DNA from: a virus
Taxonomy: Duplodnaviria > Caudoviricetes
DNA length: 64,000 nucleotides
IMG/VR virus record: IMGVR_UViG_2721755758_000001
Location: 1-64,000 of that record
Strand: one strand, 5' to 3'
Shown: positions 39,755-50,288 of the stretch, in pieces
How positions within the stretch are numbered: the first letter of the stretch is position 1
Layout of the letters: each line of letters opens with the position of its first letter
The notes under the pieces: generated by a model
Told to the model about the DNA's origin: nothing
Database searches by the model: none
The model's input: only the letters and a program-made list of their open reading frames with translations
Translations under genes and position numbers: made by a program

Positions 39755-40426
39755 ATGGAAAATAAATTAACACCATTAGAATACAAAGGACAAAGAATAT
39801 TAACAACAAAACAGTTAGCTGAAGTTTATGAAACAGATGTCAACAATATACAAAAGAATTTTAGCAATAACAAGGAAAGATTTATAGAAGGGAAACATTA
39901 TTATAAACTTACAGGCAATGAATTAGCGGAATTTAAAAAGGTACTGAATGATATTCATGACCCTTCGATAAAGTTTACAAGTGTTCTTATACTTTGGACT
40001 GAACGTGGAGCAGATAGACATTGCAAAATTCTTGATACTGATAAAGCATGGGAACAATTTGATAACTTAGAGGATACCTATTTTAAAGTCAAAGAATATA
40101 GAGATCTATTTTTAGAAAATGAACAATTAAAAGAAATTGTATATGAGCAAAAAGATTTACTGAATGAATTTAGTAAGGTAACAGAAGAAGCTAAGCAACT
40201 CTATAAGCCTAGTCACAAAAGAAAATTACAATATGATAGACTTATTAAGTCTGTAACTAGTGGCAAAGAAGAATATGATATGGTTAAAGAATGGATATTC
40301 GCAGTTCTTGAAGCTGAAAAATGGGAAGACATATCTATAGATGATAATAAAAAAGTTCTTGAAATAATAAATACAGTTTCTAGAATGATAAATATAAAGA
40401 GATTTGAACAATTAAGCCTATTATAG
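39755..40426 (+). CDS. ORF6N-domain antirepressor-like protein
   Basis: YKGQRILTTKQLAEVY, NKERFIEGKHYY, LWTERGADRHCKILDTDKAW. Confidence 0.88.
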   Translation: MENKLTPLEYKGQRILTTKQLAEVYETDVNNIQKNFSNNKERFIEGKHYYKLTGNELAEFKKVLNDIHDPSIKFTSVLILWTERGADRHCKILDTDKAWEQFDNLEDTYFKVKEYRDLFLENEQLKEIVYEQKDLLNEFSKVTEEAKQLYKPSHKRKLQYDRLIKSVTSGKEEYDMVKEWIFAVLEAEKWEDISIDDNKKVLEIINTVSRMINIKRFEQLSLL

Positions 40427-40475
40427 GAATTAACTATGATAAGGCTTTTTATTTTATATAAATGGAGGAGCAGAC

Positions 40476-40919
40476 ATGAAATTAACTGTTAATTATACTG
40501 ATGCATCAGAAAACAAATATATTTATACAACTTACTGTAAAGAAAAAGAATATGATATAAACACAAATTTAGGAATGGCAACATTTAGAAATGGAAATGA
40601 AGAATTTTCAGTAAGACTATCTAATCTTGTTAGTTTCCAGTATGAAGAAACAGAAGGAAAAAGCAAAAATAAGGATGGCAATTCTAAGATAAAGGTTAAA
40701 GCATTAAAAGTTACAATAGATATGTATGGGAAAACTGTCGATTCTATATTTTATGATGCATTTAGAGAAAGAATAATCAGACCTGGACTTCTAAATAGTT
40801 ATGTTTTTTTTATATTAGGTTGCAATAAAACTGCATGTATAGGAGATTACATTATATATAAAGATGGAAAATTCGATGTATGCGATAAAGAATATTTTGA
40901 TAAACATTATACTTGTTAA
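40476..40919 (+). CDS. Hypothetical protein
   Basis: RBS GGAGG; IGDYII...F..C.KEYF..HY. Confidence 0.7.
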   Translation: MKLTVNYTDASENKYIYTTYCKEKEYDINTNLGMATFRNGNEEFSVRLSNLVSFQYEETEGKSKNKDGNSKIKVKALKVTIDMYGKTVDSIFYDAFRERIIRPGLLNSYVFFILGCNKTACIGDYIIYKDGKFDVCDKEYFDKHYTC

Positions 40920-40973
40920 AAAGTCTTACAAATAAGGCTTTTTTATTTTGCCTTTGAGAGGAGGTGAGAAACA

Positions 40974-42317
40974 TTGAAAGCGTATTACGGAAGTAAGATA
41001 AGTCCTAACATGACAGAAACACCTGATGGATTTCTTATATGTCACAATGTCCCTATAGCACGTTGTGGTTGGTATAAATACTTAGGCAAAGAACTTATAG
41101 ACAAAAGTATCTCTGAAGATAAAAGAGTTATTAAAGATAATCAAGAAAACGAAATTTTAAATATCTATAGAAGTCCGGAAGATGTATTTTCTATTAAATC
41201 AATAGCTTCATTTCAAGGAAAGATTGTTACAGATAATCATCCACCAGAACTATTAAATCCTGAAAATGCTCAGAGGTATTGTAAAGGTTCAGTTGATAAT
41301 GTAAGGCAATCTAGCGAAGAAAAAGATTTGCTACTTGCAGATTTAATAGTCTATGACAAGAGATTAATAAAAGAAATACTTGAAAAAGAAAAAAGAGAAG
41401 TGTCATGTGGATATGAATTTAAACTTCAAAAAAATAAAGATGGTACATATTCTCAAATTAATATAATAGGGAATCATGTTGCAATAGTTGAAAATGGCAG
41501 AGCCGGAGACCGTTGCAGAGTTTTAGATTCAATAAATAATGAAGGAGGAAGAAAAATGGAAGATAAAATAAAAATTCCTAGAAAAACTAATAACTTTAAA
41601 GATTGGTTAGCAGGATTAGGAGCACATATGGTTGCTAAAGATTCAACACCAGAAGAATTCAACGATGTACTGGATGGACTAGTAGAGGAAAAATTAAAGT
41701 CTATGGATGAAGAGGTGCAATTACCACAGCAACAGACACAAACTTCTCCTCAAGAACCAGCAAAGGATGCATGTGATGAAGAGCCACAAGTATCCGGAGT
41801 AGAAGCAAAACTTGATAAATTAGTAGAAGTAGTTGGAACTTTAGTTCAATCTTTAAGCCAAGCACAACAACCAAAAGCGCCTGAGCAAGCAATAGATGAA
41901 GATATCCAAAAGCTTGAAAATGGATGCGATGAAGAACCAGAAGAAATAATTGAAGCTGATGACGAAGGTGATTTAACAGAACCTGAAAATGGAGATGTTA
42001 GTGATCCTGAAGATAGACCTAAAAATCCTATTGTAGGAGCAGATACTTTGGCAGCTATTAAAGCAAAAAGAGAGATGATTAGTTATATTACTGATCCAGT
42101 TCAAAAAAGCAAAGCATTAGATTCACTTTCAAAAGAAGTGGCAAAGGCTTTAAGTTCTAAGAACAAACCTTCTGATAATGGATATGCTAAAATAATCAAA
42201 TCTCAGAAGCAATCAGCTTTAGACAAAGCAGCAGAAGTTTATGACGAAGACAAAGTGGCTGGAGAAGTAGCAAATATATATGCCAATATGAATCCACACA
42301 GAAAGGAGAATAAATAA
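40974..42317 (+). CDS. DUF2213-type prohead protease/scaffold
   Basis: ETPDGFLICHNVPIARCG, VTDNHP, EVSCGY, NHVAIVENGRAG. Confidence 0.88.
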   Translation: MKAYYGSKISPNMTETPDGFLICHNVPIARCGWYKYLGKELIDKSISEDKRVIKDNQENEILNIYRSPEDVFSIKSIASFQGKIVTDNHPPELLNPENAQRYCKGSVDNVRQSSEEKDLLLADLIVYDKRLIKEILEKEKREVSCGYEFKLQKNKDGTYSQINIIGNHVAIVENGRAGDRCRVLDSINNEGGRKMEDKIKIPRKTNNFKDWLAGLGAHMVAKDSTPEEFNDVLDGLVEEKLKSMDEEVQLPQQQTQTSPQEPAKDACDEEPQVSGVEAKLDKLVEVVGTLVQSLSQAQQPKAPEQAIDEDIQKLENGCDEEPEEIIEADDEGDLTEPENGDVSDPEDRPKNPIVGADTLAAIKAKREMISYITDPVQKSKALDSLSKEVAKALSSKNKPSDNGYAKIIKSQKQSALDKAAEVYDEDKVAGEVANIYANMNPHRKENK

Positions 42318-42814
42318 TGTCAGGAGTAGCAATCGGTAAAAGATTAAATCATGGATATATAGGTCAACCATCAAGAACAGATGATACTATTATAGAAAGT
42401 AGAACAGCAGATGGTGCTATTAGCTTTGGAGCTCCAGTTAAAATTACAAGTGATAATAAGGTAAAAGCAATAGGAGCAGGAGATGCTGCAACAGCTTTTT
42501 TTGGATTTGCAATGAGAGAAGTTATGCAGAGTTCAGATTATTCAACTGGAGCATCAGCTTATCAAGATAAAGATCCAGTTGATGTTATGGTAAGAGGAAC
42601 TATGCTTGTAAAAGTAAACAATGGCACACCAACACCTCATGGAAAAGTTTATATTAGAGTAGCAAATGGAGCAAGTGATAAACCAATTGGAGGAATTGAA
42701 GCAGTCGCAGATAGTACATCTGGTAACACAATAGAATTAACAGGAGTCGTATTTAATACAGGGAAATTAGATGCAAATAAAGTAGCTGAAGTTCTTGTAC
42801 AATACAGACACTAA
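42317..42814 (+). CDS. Head decoration/cement protein
   Basis: Position before capsid gene; VDVMVRGT...VYIRV. Confidence 0.8.
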   Translation: MSGVAIGKRLNHGYIGQPSRTDDTIIESRTADGAISFGAPVKITSDNKVKAIGAGDAATAFFGFAMREVMQSSDYSTGASAYQDKDPVDVMVRGTMLVKVNNGTPTPHGKVYIRVANGASDKPIGGIEAVADSTSGNTIELTGVVFNTGKLDANKVAEVLVQYRH

Positions 42815-42830
42815 AAGGAGGGATAAAAGA

Positions 42831-43832
42831 ATGAGTAAAATATATGGTGCAGATGCAAAATCTAAAGCACTAGGATTTGATGAAGCAGCAATTGGTGCTG
42901 GAATGGCTTTTCTTAATGGTGAACTTGAAAAAAGAAATGTTAAATTAAACGAACCTTTAACTAGTTTTACATATGCTAGAGATATTTCAATTGAAACAGG
43001 TGGAGGATTATTTACAGAAAATGTTTCTAATATCTTTGTTGATTATGCAAGTGTTGGAGGTAATGAAGAAGATATAGTAAGAAATACAACTTCTGATATT
43101 GCCACTATACAAACAGATGTAAATAAAGAAAAGGTTCCAAGCTTTATCTGGATGAGAAATATGACAATTGGATTCATAGATCAAAAAAAGATGGCAGAGA
43201 CAGGAAGAGGATTAGATGAACTTTTGAACAAAGGAATTAAGATGGCTTATAATAAAGCACTTGATTTAAGAGTTTATGAAGGTATGAATAACGGAAAGTA
43301 TTATGGATTAGTTAATAATCCAAAGATTCCAGCAGTAACTGCATCTGCAAGTGCCGGTGACGGAAATAGTACCAAATGGAAAGATAAATTACCTGATGAA
43401 ATTTTAGATGATATAAATCAAGCAATGCAGAAGACTTGGGAAAATTCTGAATATGATTTAAAGGGTATGTGTAATCAAATTTTAGTTGATCCATCTAATT
43501 ATACTTATCTAGTGAGCAGGAAAGTATCTGATGCTGGTAATATATCAATCCTTAGTTATTTACTTGAAAACAATATAGGTAAAAATCAAGGTATTGATTT
43601 AGTTATTGCTCCTTGCAGATGGTGTACAGGTGCAGGAACTGGTTCAACTAACAGAATGGTTTGCTATGCCAACGATCCTGATATGGTTAATATAGCAATA
43701 CCACAGCCTTTAACTAAAACAATGACTACACCAGAAGCAAGTAAGGTTAGATATGTAATAAACTTTGCTGCTAATTTCTCTGTAGTAAATTTCAAATATC
43801 TACAACATGCAATGTATGTAGATGGAATATAA
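42831..43832 (+). CDS. Major capsid protein, DUF2184-type
   Basis: FLNGELEK...EPLTSFTYARDI, GLVN, YVDGI; followed by terminator. Confidence 0.9.
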   Translation: MSKIYGADAKSKALGFDEAAIGAGMAFLNGELEKRNVKLNEPLTSFTYARDISIETGGGLFTENVSNIFVDYASVGGNEEDIVRNTTSDIATIQTDVNKEKVPSFIWMRNMTIGFIDQKKMAETGRGLDELLNKGIKMAYNKALDLRVYEGMNNGKYYGLVNNPKIPAVTASASAGDGNSTKWKDKLPDEILDDINQAMQKTWENSEYDLKGMCNQILVDPSNYTYLVSRKVSDAGNISILSYLLENNIGKNQGIDLVIAPCRWCTGAGTGSTNRMVCYANDPDMVNIAIPQPLTKTMTTPEASKVRYVINFAANFSVVNFKYLQHAMYVDGI

Positions 43833-43848
43833 GAAAATTTAGATTTCG

Positions 43849-43888
43849 AAAAGCATATAGATTAATTTCTATATGCTTTTATTTTTTT
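43849..43888 (+). terminator. Terminator after the capsid gene
   Basis: aaaagcatataga-N6-tctatatgctttt. Confidence 0.85.
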
Positions 43889-43916
43889 ATAAATTTAAAA
43901 AAGTGAGGTAATTAAA

Positions 43917-44228
43917 ATGAGAATATATTCAAAAAAGGTTTTTGGATTCAATGTAGATGGAGAAACTATACTAACTCCATATGAAGGCTTTTTCGATATA
44001 AAAGATGAATTAGCAAATGATAATTTCTTTAAATTAGCTGTAAAAGAGGGATCTATTTTAATATTAAATTCCGAAAATAAGAAAAGTATTGAAAATGGAG
44101 ATTTCCCAACAGATTTAGAAGTTCTTAGCTTAGAAGAATTATTAAAATATGCAGAAGAAAATGGAATAGATATCGGAAAAGCTACAACTCAATCTGGAGT
44201 ATTGGCAAAAATTAAAGAACAAAAATAG
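43917..44228 (+). CDS. Small virion-associated protein with HeH/Rho-N-like tail
   Basis: SLEELLKYAEENGIDIG. Confidence 0.65.
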   Translation: MRIYSKKVFGFNVDGETILTPYEGFFDIKDELANDNFFKLAVKEGSILILNSENKKSIENGDFPTDLEVLSLEELLKYAEENGIDIGKATTQSGVLAKIKEQK

Positions 44229-44236
44229 GTGATATT

Positions 44237-44716
44237 ATGTATTTAGATGGAATAACAGAGGGGATATCTAACATTAAAAAAGGAGATAATCCTCTCTTTA
44301 CTGTTGAAAATTTTCTTGAAGTATATCCTCAATTTGGGATTAATACTACAACAAATACTTATAATGTACCGGAAATGGTTATACAAATGTATTTAGAAAT
44401 GGCAGATAGCAGAATAAAGGAAAGTAGATGGCATAAATCATGGAAAATAGGAATGTGTTTATTTATAGCGCATTACTGTACTCTTTATTTACAAACTGTA
44501 TCTACGCCTGAAGATGGTCAACAGGTTATTGCAAGCGCAGGTCAAATTCAAGGACTACAAACAAGCATGAGCGCAGATGGAGTAAGTGTTGGAAAAGATT
44601 ATTCAACTATAGTTAAAAGTGAAGAAAATGCAAATGATTTTAATTTAACTACATTTGGAATACAGTTTCTTTCATTAGCAAAATTGTTTGGCAGAGGAGG
44701 ATTCACAGTTTTATAG
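44237..44716 (+). CDS. Head-tail adaptor, DUF4054-type
   Basis: FLEVYPQF, LFIAHY, TTFGIQF. Confidence 0.85.
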   Translation: MYLDGITEGISNIKKGDNPLFTVENFLEVYPQFGINTTTNTYNVPEMVIQMYLEMADSRIKESRWHKSWKIGMCLFIAHYCTLYLQTVSTPEDGQQVIASAGQIQGLQTSMSADGVSVGKDYSTIVKSEENANDFNLTTFGIQFLSLAKLFGRGGFTVL

Positions 44717-44729
44717 AAAGGAGAGCTTT

Positions 44730-45338
44730 ATGTTTGAAAATTTATTTGATGTTAATGTAACAAAGGATTTAACAGATAAGATAAAAAAGGATTTAGAAGA
44801 GTTAGCACATAAGCAGATACTTTGTGGAATACCTGATAGTACAGAGCATAAAGGTTCTCATGTTTCTAATGCACAATTACTATTTATTCACACGGAAGGT
44901 GTAAGGGATTCTTCTATGAAACAAGAAATGCAACACAATATAAAGGATGGAAAAACATATTCGCAGGCACATGAGATGTTTATACATGAACATGGTTCTG
45001 CATTGCATAGAATACCTCCTCGCCCTGTTTTAGTTCCTGCTATGACTAAGTATGGAGATGAAGTAGCAAAGAAAATGAAAAATTGTTTAGATTCAGTATT
45101 AGATAGTAGACAATGGGAAATTGAATTAAATAAAACTGCGTTATTTGTTCAGAACAAAGTAAGAAAATTCTTTACAGATAGTGATAATGGATGGGCACCA
45201 AATGCAGAAAGTACAATAAAAGGATGGCAATCTCCATGGGGAACATTTTATGAAGGTAAAGGAAGTTCTCAACCATTGATTGATACTGGGGAATTAAGAC
45301 GTAGTATAGTTGGAATTGTAGGTGATAAGCGTGATTAA
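44730..45338 (+). CDS. Neck/tail-completion protein
   Basis: IHEHGS...IPPRP, PNAESTI, PLIDTGELRRSI. Confidence 0.8.
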   Translation: MFENLFDVNVTKDLTDKIKKDLEELAHKQILCGIPDSTEHKGSHVSNAQLLFIHTEGVRDSSMKQEMQHNIKDGKTYSQAHEMFIHEHGSALHRIPPRPVLVPAMTKYGDEVAKKMKNCLDSVLDSRQWEIELNKTALFVQNKVRKFFTDSDNGWAPNAESTIKGWQSPWGTFYEGKGSSQPLIDTGELRRSIVGIVGDKRD

Positions 45339-45693
45339 TCTAAGCCAAGTAATTACAAATCCTGCCTTTTGTACAACGTTTATAGTTTATAGAAAAACAG
45401 GTAAGTTTGTAAAAGGAAGATTTCAAGAAACAGAAGTAGCTATACCGTTTAAAGGCATAATAACTACTTGTAAAGGGAGAGATTTAGAGCAAATACCTGA
45501 AGGAGACAGAGTAGGCGGAGAGAGGAATGTATTAACGCTCCAACCTATATATGTAACACGTGATTTGGATAATAACACAGGTACTTCCGATGAAATTTTA
45601 TGGCATGGAGAAAGATATAAATTAAGAATAGTAAATGATGATAGTGATTATGGATTTTATAAAGGAATAGCTCAAAAAATAAGTGGAAAGTAG
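45331..45693 (+). CDS. Head closure protein
   Basis: LEQIPEGDR, SDEILWHGERY, DYGFYK. Confidence 0.75.
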   Translation: MINLSQVITNPAFCTTFIVYRKTGKFVKGRFQETEVAIPFKGIITTCKGRDLEQIPEGDRVGGERNVLTLQPIYVTRDLDNNTGTSDEILWHGERYKLRIVNDDSDYGFYKGIAQKISGK

Positions 45694-46257
45694 GTGATTT
45701 TATTGGAAAAAATAAATAAGTTAAGTGACATAGAAGATAAAATTGCTGAACTCACTCTTATGATGCTTGATTTAGATCCGGATGCAGAGGAAAATCAAGA
45801 CAAAGTTAGAATTGCATGGCCTACAAGTGGTGCTCCGGGATGGAGTATTGATGAAGATATATGTTTTTTACGAATTACTCCTGTAGATTCGCCTTCTGCA
45901 AGACAACAGGATGTTATTTATACTGCTAAAGAAAATTCGGACGAGTTATTAACTAAAGAAATAGCATATACAAGAGTACATAATGTAGATTGGTGCTTTT
46001 ACGGACCTAATGCATATGATTTAGCAGATGTAATAAGATTCAAAATACTTTCAGACACAACTATAAAAAAAGAATTTAACAATATTAATTTACATCTAGT
46101 TACTGATGTTACAATGCCAATAAGAGTTCCAGAACTCTTTCAAGGCAGATGGTGGAATAGAGTTGATTTCCAAGCAAAATACAATGAATTAGTAGTAAGA
46201 AGTGTGGAAGAGAAAGCAATAGTAATAGGAAATTTACATTATATTATAGATAGATAG
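45694..46257 (+). CDS. Tail terminator/neck protein
   Basis: FYGPNA, VPELFQGRWWNRVD. Confidence 0.75.
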   Translation: MILLEKINKLSDIEDKIAELTLMMLDLDPDAEENQDKVRIAWPTSGAPGWSIDEDICFLRITPVDSPSARQQDVIYTAKENSDELLTKEIAYTRVHNVDWCFYGPNAYDLADVIRFKILSDTTIKKEFNNINLHLVTDVTMPIRVPELFQGRWWNRVDFQAKYNELVVRSVEEKAIVIGNLHYIIDR

Positions 46258-46267
46258 GAGAGTATAG

Positions 46268-49099
46268 ATGCCAGATATATATGATATTCAAAGAGAAAAA
46301 ATAACTAAAAAATGTTTTGATGCAATATTAAAAGAAGATATATCATTTTTACCTCAAAAATTTAATTCAGATTATTATAAATGTTTATCAGATGTTTCCG
46401 AGAAAATAATTAATATATTTAATAATTCAAGTAATGCGGTTCAAACAAACACAATAAATTTAAATAATGGATGGGATTTTAAGAAATACGGTGATACTTC
46501 TACAGTAAAAATTAATTTACCCCATCAATACGATAATCCTAGAGATAGATCATCAGTATTAAAAGGTAAAACTATTTATAGTAAGAATTTATTTATAAGT
46601 GATATAAATAAAGATAGTTTTAAATATTACTTACAGATAAATTCTGCATCGTTTAAATCAGAAATCTTTGTAAATGATATAAGTATTTTAACTCACAACG
46701 GAAGTTATGAAAATTTTTTTGCTGATGTGACAAGTAATATTACAAGTGGTACTAATACAATTAGAATAGAGATTGATAATAGTAATACAGGTAAAAACAT
46801 TATTCCGTTAGAAGCTGATTTTAGTTTTGTAAATGGAATATTTAGAGATGTAAATTTAATTAAATTAAGTGATGTTTATTATAGTTTTGATGTATATGGC
46901 TCAACAAGAACAATGATTGAAACAAGTAATATTACAGTAGATTCAGCTGATTTAAAAGTAAAAACAGTAATTAAAAATATCAGCGGAAAGAATAAGAATT
47001 TAAAAGTAGTATATAGTATTTTTTGCAATAAGAAAAGGATTGACACTCATTCTGATAGTTTTGAAATGATTGATTCCGAGATACAAGTTGAGCAGAAGTT
47101 TACAATATTGAATCCAGAAATATGGGATGGATTAAAAAAAGGAAATTTATATAATATTCAGATATGTTTATACGACAGTGAAAAACACGTTGATACAATT
47201 AATACTAGTACTGGATTTAGGACGGTATCTTCAAATAAAGATGGATTTATATTAAATGGAAAGACATATCCGTTAAGAGGTATAAATAGACATGCAGAAA
47301 ATGAATTAAACGGATTTGCAATTACAAAAGCAGATCATGATACAGATTTTGAAATGATAAAAGAACTTGGTGTAAACGCTATAAGGTTGGCTCATTATCC
47401 TCAAGATAGATATTTTATAGATAAATGCAATGAATACGGAATAGTAATTTATATTGAAATTCCTTGGGTTAATTTATATCCTTCTACTGATATAAATGAT
47501 GATTTAAGTAATAATATTAGATTTCAATTTAAAGAGATGATAAAAGAATACTATAATTATCCATGCATCTGTTTTTGGGGAATGCACAATGAACTTACAA
47601 ATGATAATAATAGTAGTGGAACTAAATTGATAAATTATACATTGTGTAAACAATTGAATAATGAGTTATATACATATGCAAAAAATAATGGAGGAAATAG
47701 ATTAGTTGGATATGCAACAATAGATAAAACTACTCATGAAAAAGAAGCAGGATTAAATGGAGATTATTATGGAACTAATGTTTATTTTGGATGGTATAAC
47801 ACTGATAAAATAAAAAATATAAGTGAATATTTAGATTTAAAGCATGCAACAACTAATGATTTAATAATATTTACAGAATATGGAGCGGGTTCTAATGCAA
47901 TGCAATTCAATTTGGACATAGAAACATTAAATTGGGGAGGAATATCTAAAGATTCTAATTTTTCCGCCAATGGTAATTATCATCCCCAAGAGTATCAATG
48001 CCTTATTCATGAAGGATATTTAAAATCATTCTTAGATAGAAATTATATAAATACTTTTGCTTGGGTTTTTTCAGACTTTGCAGTAAGTTTTAGAAACGAA
48101 GGTTCTCAAAAGGCTTTAAATGATAAGGGATTTGTTACTAGGGATAGAAAAATAAAAAAAGATGTATTTTATTTATATAAAGCATTCTTAAATAAAAATG
48201 ATAAATTTGTTCATATAAATCAAAAAGACTTCAATATAAGAGAAAATAAAAATAATACAACTAATTTAACCGTTTATAGTAACTGCGATTTTGTGACTCT
48301 TATTAAAGACAATAAAATAATAGATAAACAAATTGCAGATATTAATTTAGGAATAAAATTTACATTTAAAGATGTTTATCTAGAAATTGGGAATAACGAT
48401 TTTACTGTTTGTGGATATATTAATGGAATAAAAGAAGCAGAAGATAAAATAGAAGTAAAAAGAAAAAGCTGTATAGTAAACAAAACTGTTGAAATAGGTA
48501 TGGGTAATACAACTAATGGAAACATAACATACATAAAAAACAAAGTAGATAATACTATTATAGGAATGGGAAATAAATTAGATTTTGAGACTCCATATAT
48601 TAAAATAAATTCTAATAGTAAAACAGAAGGATATATATTATTAAATAATTTAAATTTAATATCTACAGGTTGGTCAATGTATATAAATGGGGCATTTTAT
48701 CCGGATCCAAACTCAAATACTAAAAGAATTTTTTCTGACTCTAATAATGAAATTTTAGAATTTTATAGAATAAACAATGATGTTAATACTTCTACTAATG
48801 AATATAAAATAAGTTATCATGGTGTAGATTTACGGTTAACATCTGAAGCAACAACAATTATCGAAAAAAGAGAGCTGTTGAAATTGGTAATAACTTTTGA
48901 TGGAAAATCATTAAAGGTGTATATAAATGGAGTTTTGAATGCGTCAAAAGAAGTTATATTAATATCTGGAGAATATTTCAAAATAAACAATTTAATGTTT
49001 GGCAATAGATATGACTTATCAAGATCATATAATTTAAAGTTTAGCACACTTCAGTTTTATGATGGAGCCTTAACACAAGAAGAGATAAATAATTTATAA
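46268..49099 (+). CDS. GH2 glycoside hydrolase with C-terminal LamG-like domain
   Basis: GIFRDV, GFR, LNGK..LRGINRH, GVNAIRLAHYP, WGMHNE, TEYG, NDKG; TFDG..LKVYING. Confidence 0.92.
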   Translation: MPDIYDIQREKITKKCFDAILKEDISFLPQKFNSDYYKCLSDVSEKIINIFNNSSNAVQTNTINLNNGWDFKKYGDTSTVKINLPHQYDNPRDRSSVLKGKTIYSKNLFISDINKDSFKYYLQINSASFKSEIFVNDISILTHNGSYENFFADVTSNITSGTNTIRIEIDNSNTGKNIIPLEADFSFVNGIFRDVNLIKLSDVYYSFDVYGSTRTMIETSNITVDSADLKVKTVIKNISGKNKNLKVVYSIFCNKKRIDTHSDSFEMIDSEIQVEQKFTILNPEIWDGLKKGNLYNIQICLYDSEKHVDTINTSTGFRTVSSNKDGFILNGKTYPLRGINRHAENELNGFAITKADHDTDFEMIKELGVNAIRLAHYPQDRYFIDKCNEYGIVIYIEIPWVNLYPSTDINDDLSNNIRFQFKEMIKEYYNYPCICFWGMHNELTNDNNSSGTKLINYTLCKQLNNELYTYAKNNGGNRLVGYATIDKTTHEKEAGLNGDYYGTNVYFGWYNTDKIKNISEYLDLKHATTNDLIIFTEYGAGSNAMQFNLDIETLNWGGISKDSNFSANGNYHPQEYQCLIHEGYLKSFLDRNYINTFAWVFSDFAVSFRNEGSQKALNDKGFVTRDRKIKKDVFYLYKAFLNKNDKFVHINQKDFNIRENKNNTTNLTVYSNCDFVTLIKDNKIIDKQIADINLGIKFTFKDVYLEIGNNDFTVCGYINGIKEAEDKIEVKRKSCIVNKTVEIGMGNTTNGNITYIKNKVDNTIIGMGNKLDFETPYIKINSNSKTEGYILLNNLNLISTGWSMYINGAFYPDPNSNTKRIFSDSNNEILEFYRINNDVNTSTNEYKISYHGVDLRLTSEATTIIEKRELLKLVITFDGKSLKVYINGVLNASKEVILISGEYFKINNLMFGNRYDLSRSYNLKFSTLQFYDGALTQEEINNL

Positions 49100-49115
49100 A
49101 AATAATGAATATTAC

Positions 49116-49160
49116 TCCTCCTAAAATACTATTTATAAAATAAATAGTATTTTAGGAGGA
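49116..49160. repeat. Perfect 20-bp inverted repeat containing the acyltransferase RBS
   Basis: tcctcctaaaatactattta-taaaa-taaatagtattttaggagga. Confidence 0.92.
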
Positions 49161-49167
49161 AATTATT

Positions 49168-50169
49168 GTGGATAAAAGAGTGGATTGGATTGATATAAGC
49201 AAAGGAATAGGAATAATAGTTATGATTTGTGGTCATATCGGAATGCCAAGTATTCTGGATTTATATATCCATGCTTGGCATATGCCTATATTTTTTATAT
49301 TATCTGGATATTTATTTAAAGAATATGATGTAATTTCTTTAATAAAGAAAAAATCAAAATCATTATTAATTCCCTATTTAAGTTTTGGATTCATATTATA
49401 TTTTTTTAGTATAGTTAAAAATTGTTTTAAACATAATATAGATTTATTTCAACAACTAATTGATTTATTTACTTATAATACTGTTGGGAATTTACCTTTT
49501 GGCAATGTATTATGGTTTCTAACTAGTTTGTTTTTTGTTGAGATTATATTTGGGATACTTAAAAAATATATAAAAAAAGATTTAGAATTATTTATAGTAA
49601 TAATGTTTATTTGTATTATAGGCTGGTTATTTAGTTTATTTAATATAAGATTTATGTGGGGATTAGACTCAGCATTAACATCCATTGGGTTTTACTATTT
49701 TGGTTATATCATAAAGAAAAATGATAAATTTATAAGAACTAATAAAATATTTATAAGAGTTCCCACATTATTTATATTAACATCATTAAGTATATTCATA
49801 AATGGAGAAGTTAATGTTAGAACAACTATATACAATAATTTGTTATTATTTTATATAAATGCAATATTAACAAGTATTATGATATTTACGATAGTAAAAT
49901 ACATTGAAAAGAAAGGAATATTTGAAAAAATAAAAAAAGGTATAATATACATTGGGAAAAATTCATTGATATTTATGTGTTTAAATCAATTAATTATATA
50001 TATATCCGGATTAGGACTAAATATTGTATTTTCTAATCAAATATTTATCAGAATAATAACTTTAATAATTTCAATATTAATTCTAAGTATATTATCAAAT
50101 ATTATAAATTTAAAATTTAAATTTATAATAGGTAAATCTAATTTAAATATATCCGTTTTTCAAAATTAA
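49168..50169 (+). CDS. Acyltransferase-3 family membrane O-acyltransferase
   Basis: RVDWIDISKGIGI..GH, HMPIFFILSG, LLIPY, LWFL; many TM segments. Confidence 0.9.
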   Translation: MDKRVDWIDISKGIGIIVMICGHIGMPSILDLYIHAWHMPIFFILSGYLFKEYDVISLIKKKSKSLLIPYLSFGFILYFFSIVKNCFKHNIDLFQQLIDLFTYNTVGNLPFGNVLWFLTSLFFVEIIFGILKKYIKKDLELFIVIMFICIIGWLFSLFNIRFMWGLDSALTSIGFYYFGYIIKKNDKFIRTNKIFIRVPTLFILTSLSIFINGEVNVRTTIYNNLLLFYINAILTSIMIFTIVKYIEKKGIFEKIKKGIIYIGKNSLIFMCLNQLIIYISGLGLNIVFSNQIFIRIITLIISILILSILSNIINLKFKFIIGKSNLNISVFQN

Positions 50170-50236
50170 TATATTAATAAAAAATGTATAAATATCAAAT
50201 AAAAATAAAAGAAATTAAATAGTAAAATTATATTAT

Positions 50237-50266
50237 AAGCAAGTGCAATTATGTGCTTGCTTTTTT
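50237..50266 (+). terminator. Terminator after the acyltransferase
   Basis: aagcaagtgca-atta-tgtgcttgctt plus T-tract. Confidence 0.75.
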
Positions 50267-50288
50267 ATTTAAAAAAGGAGGAAATTAC

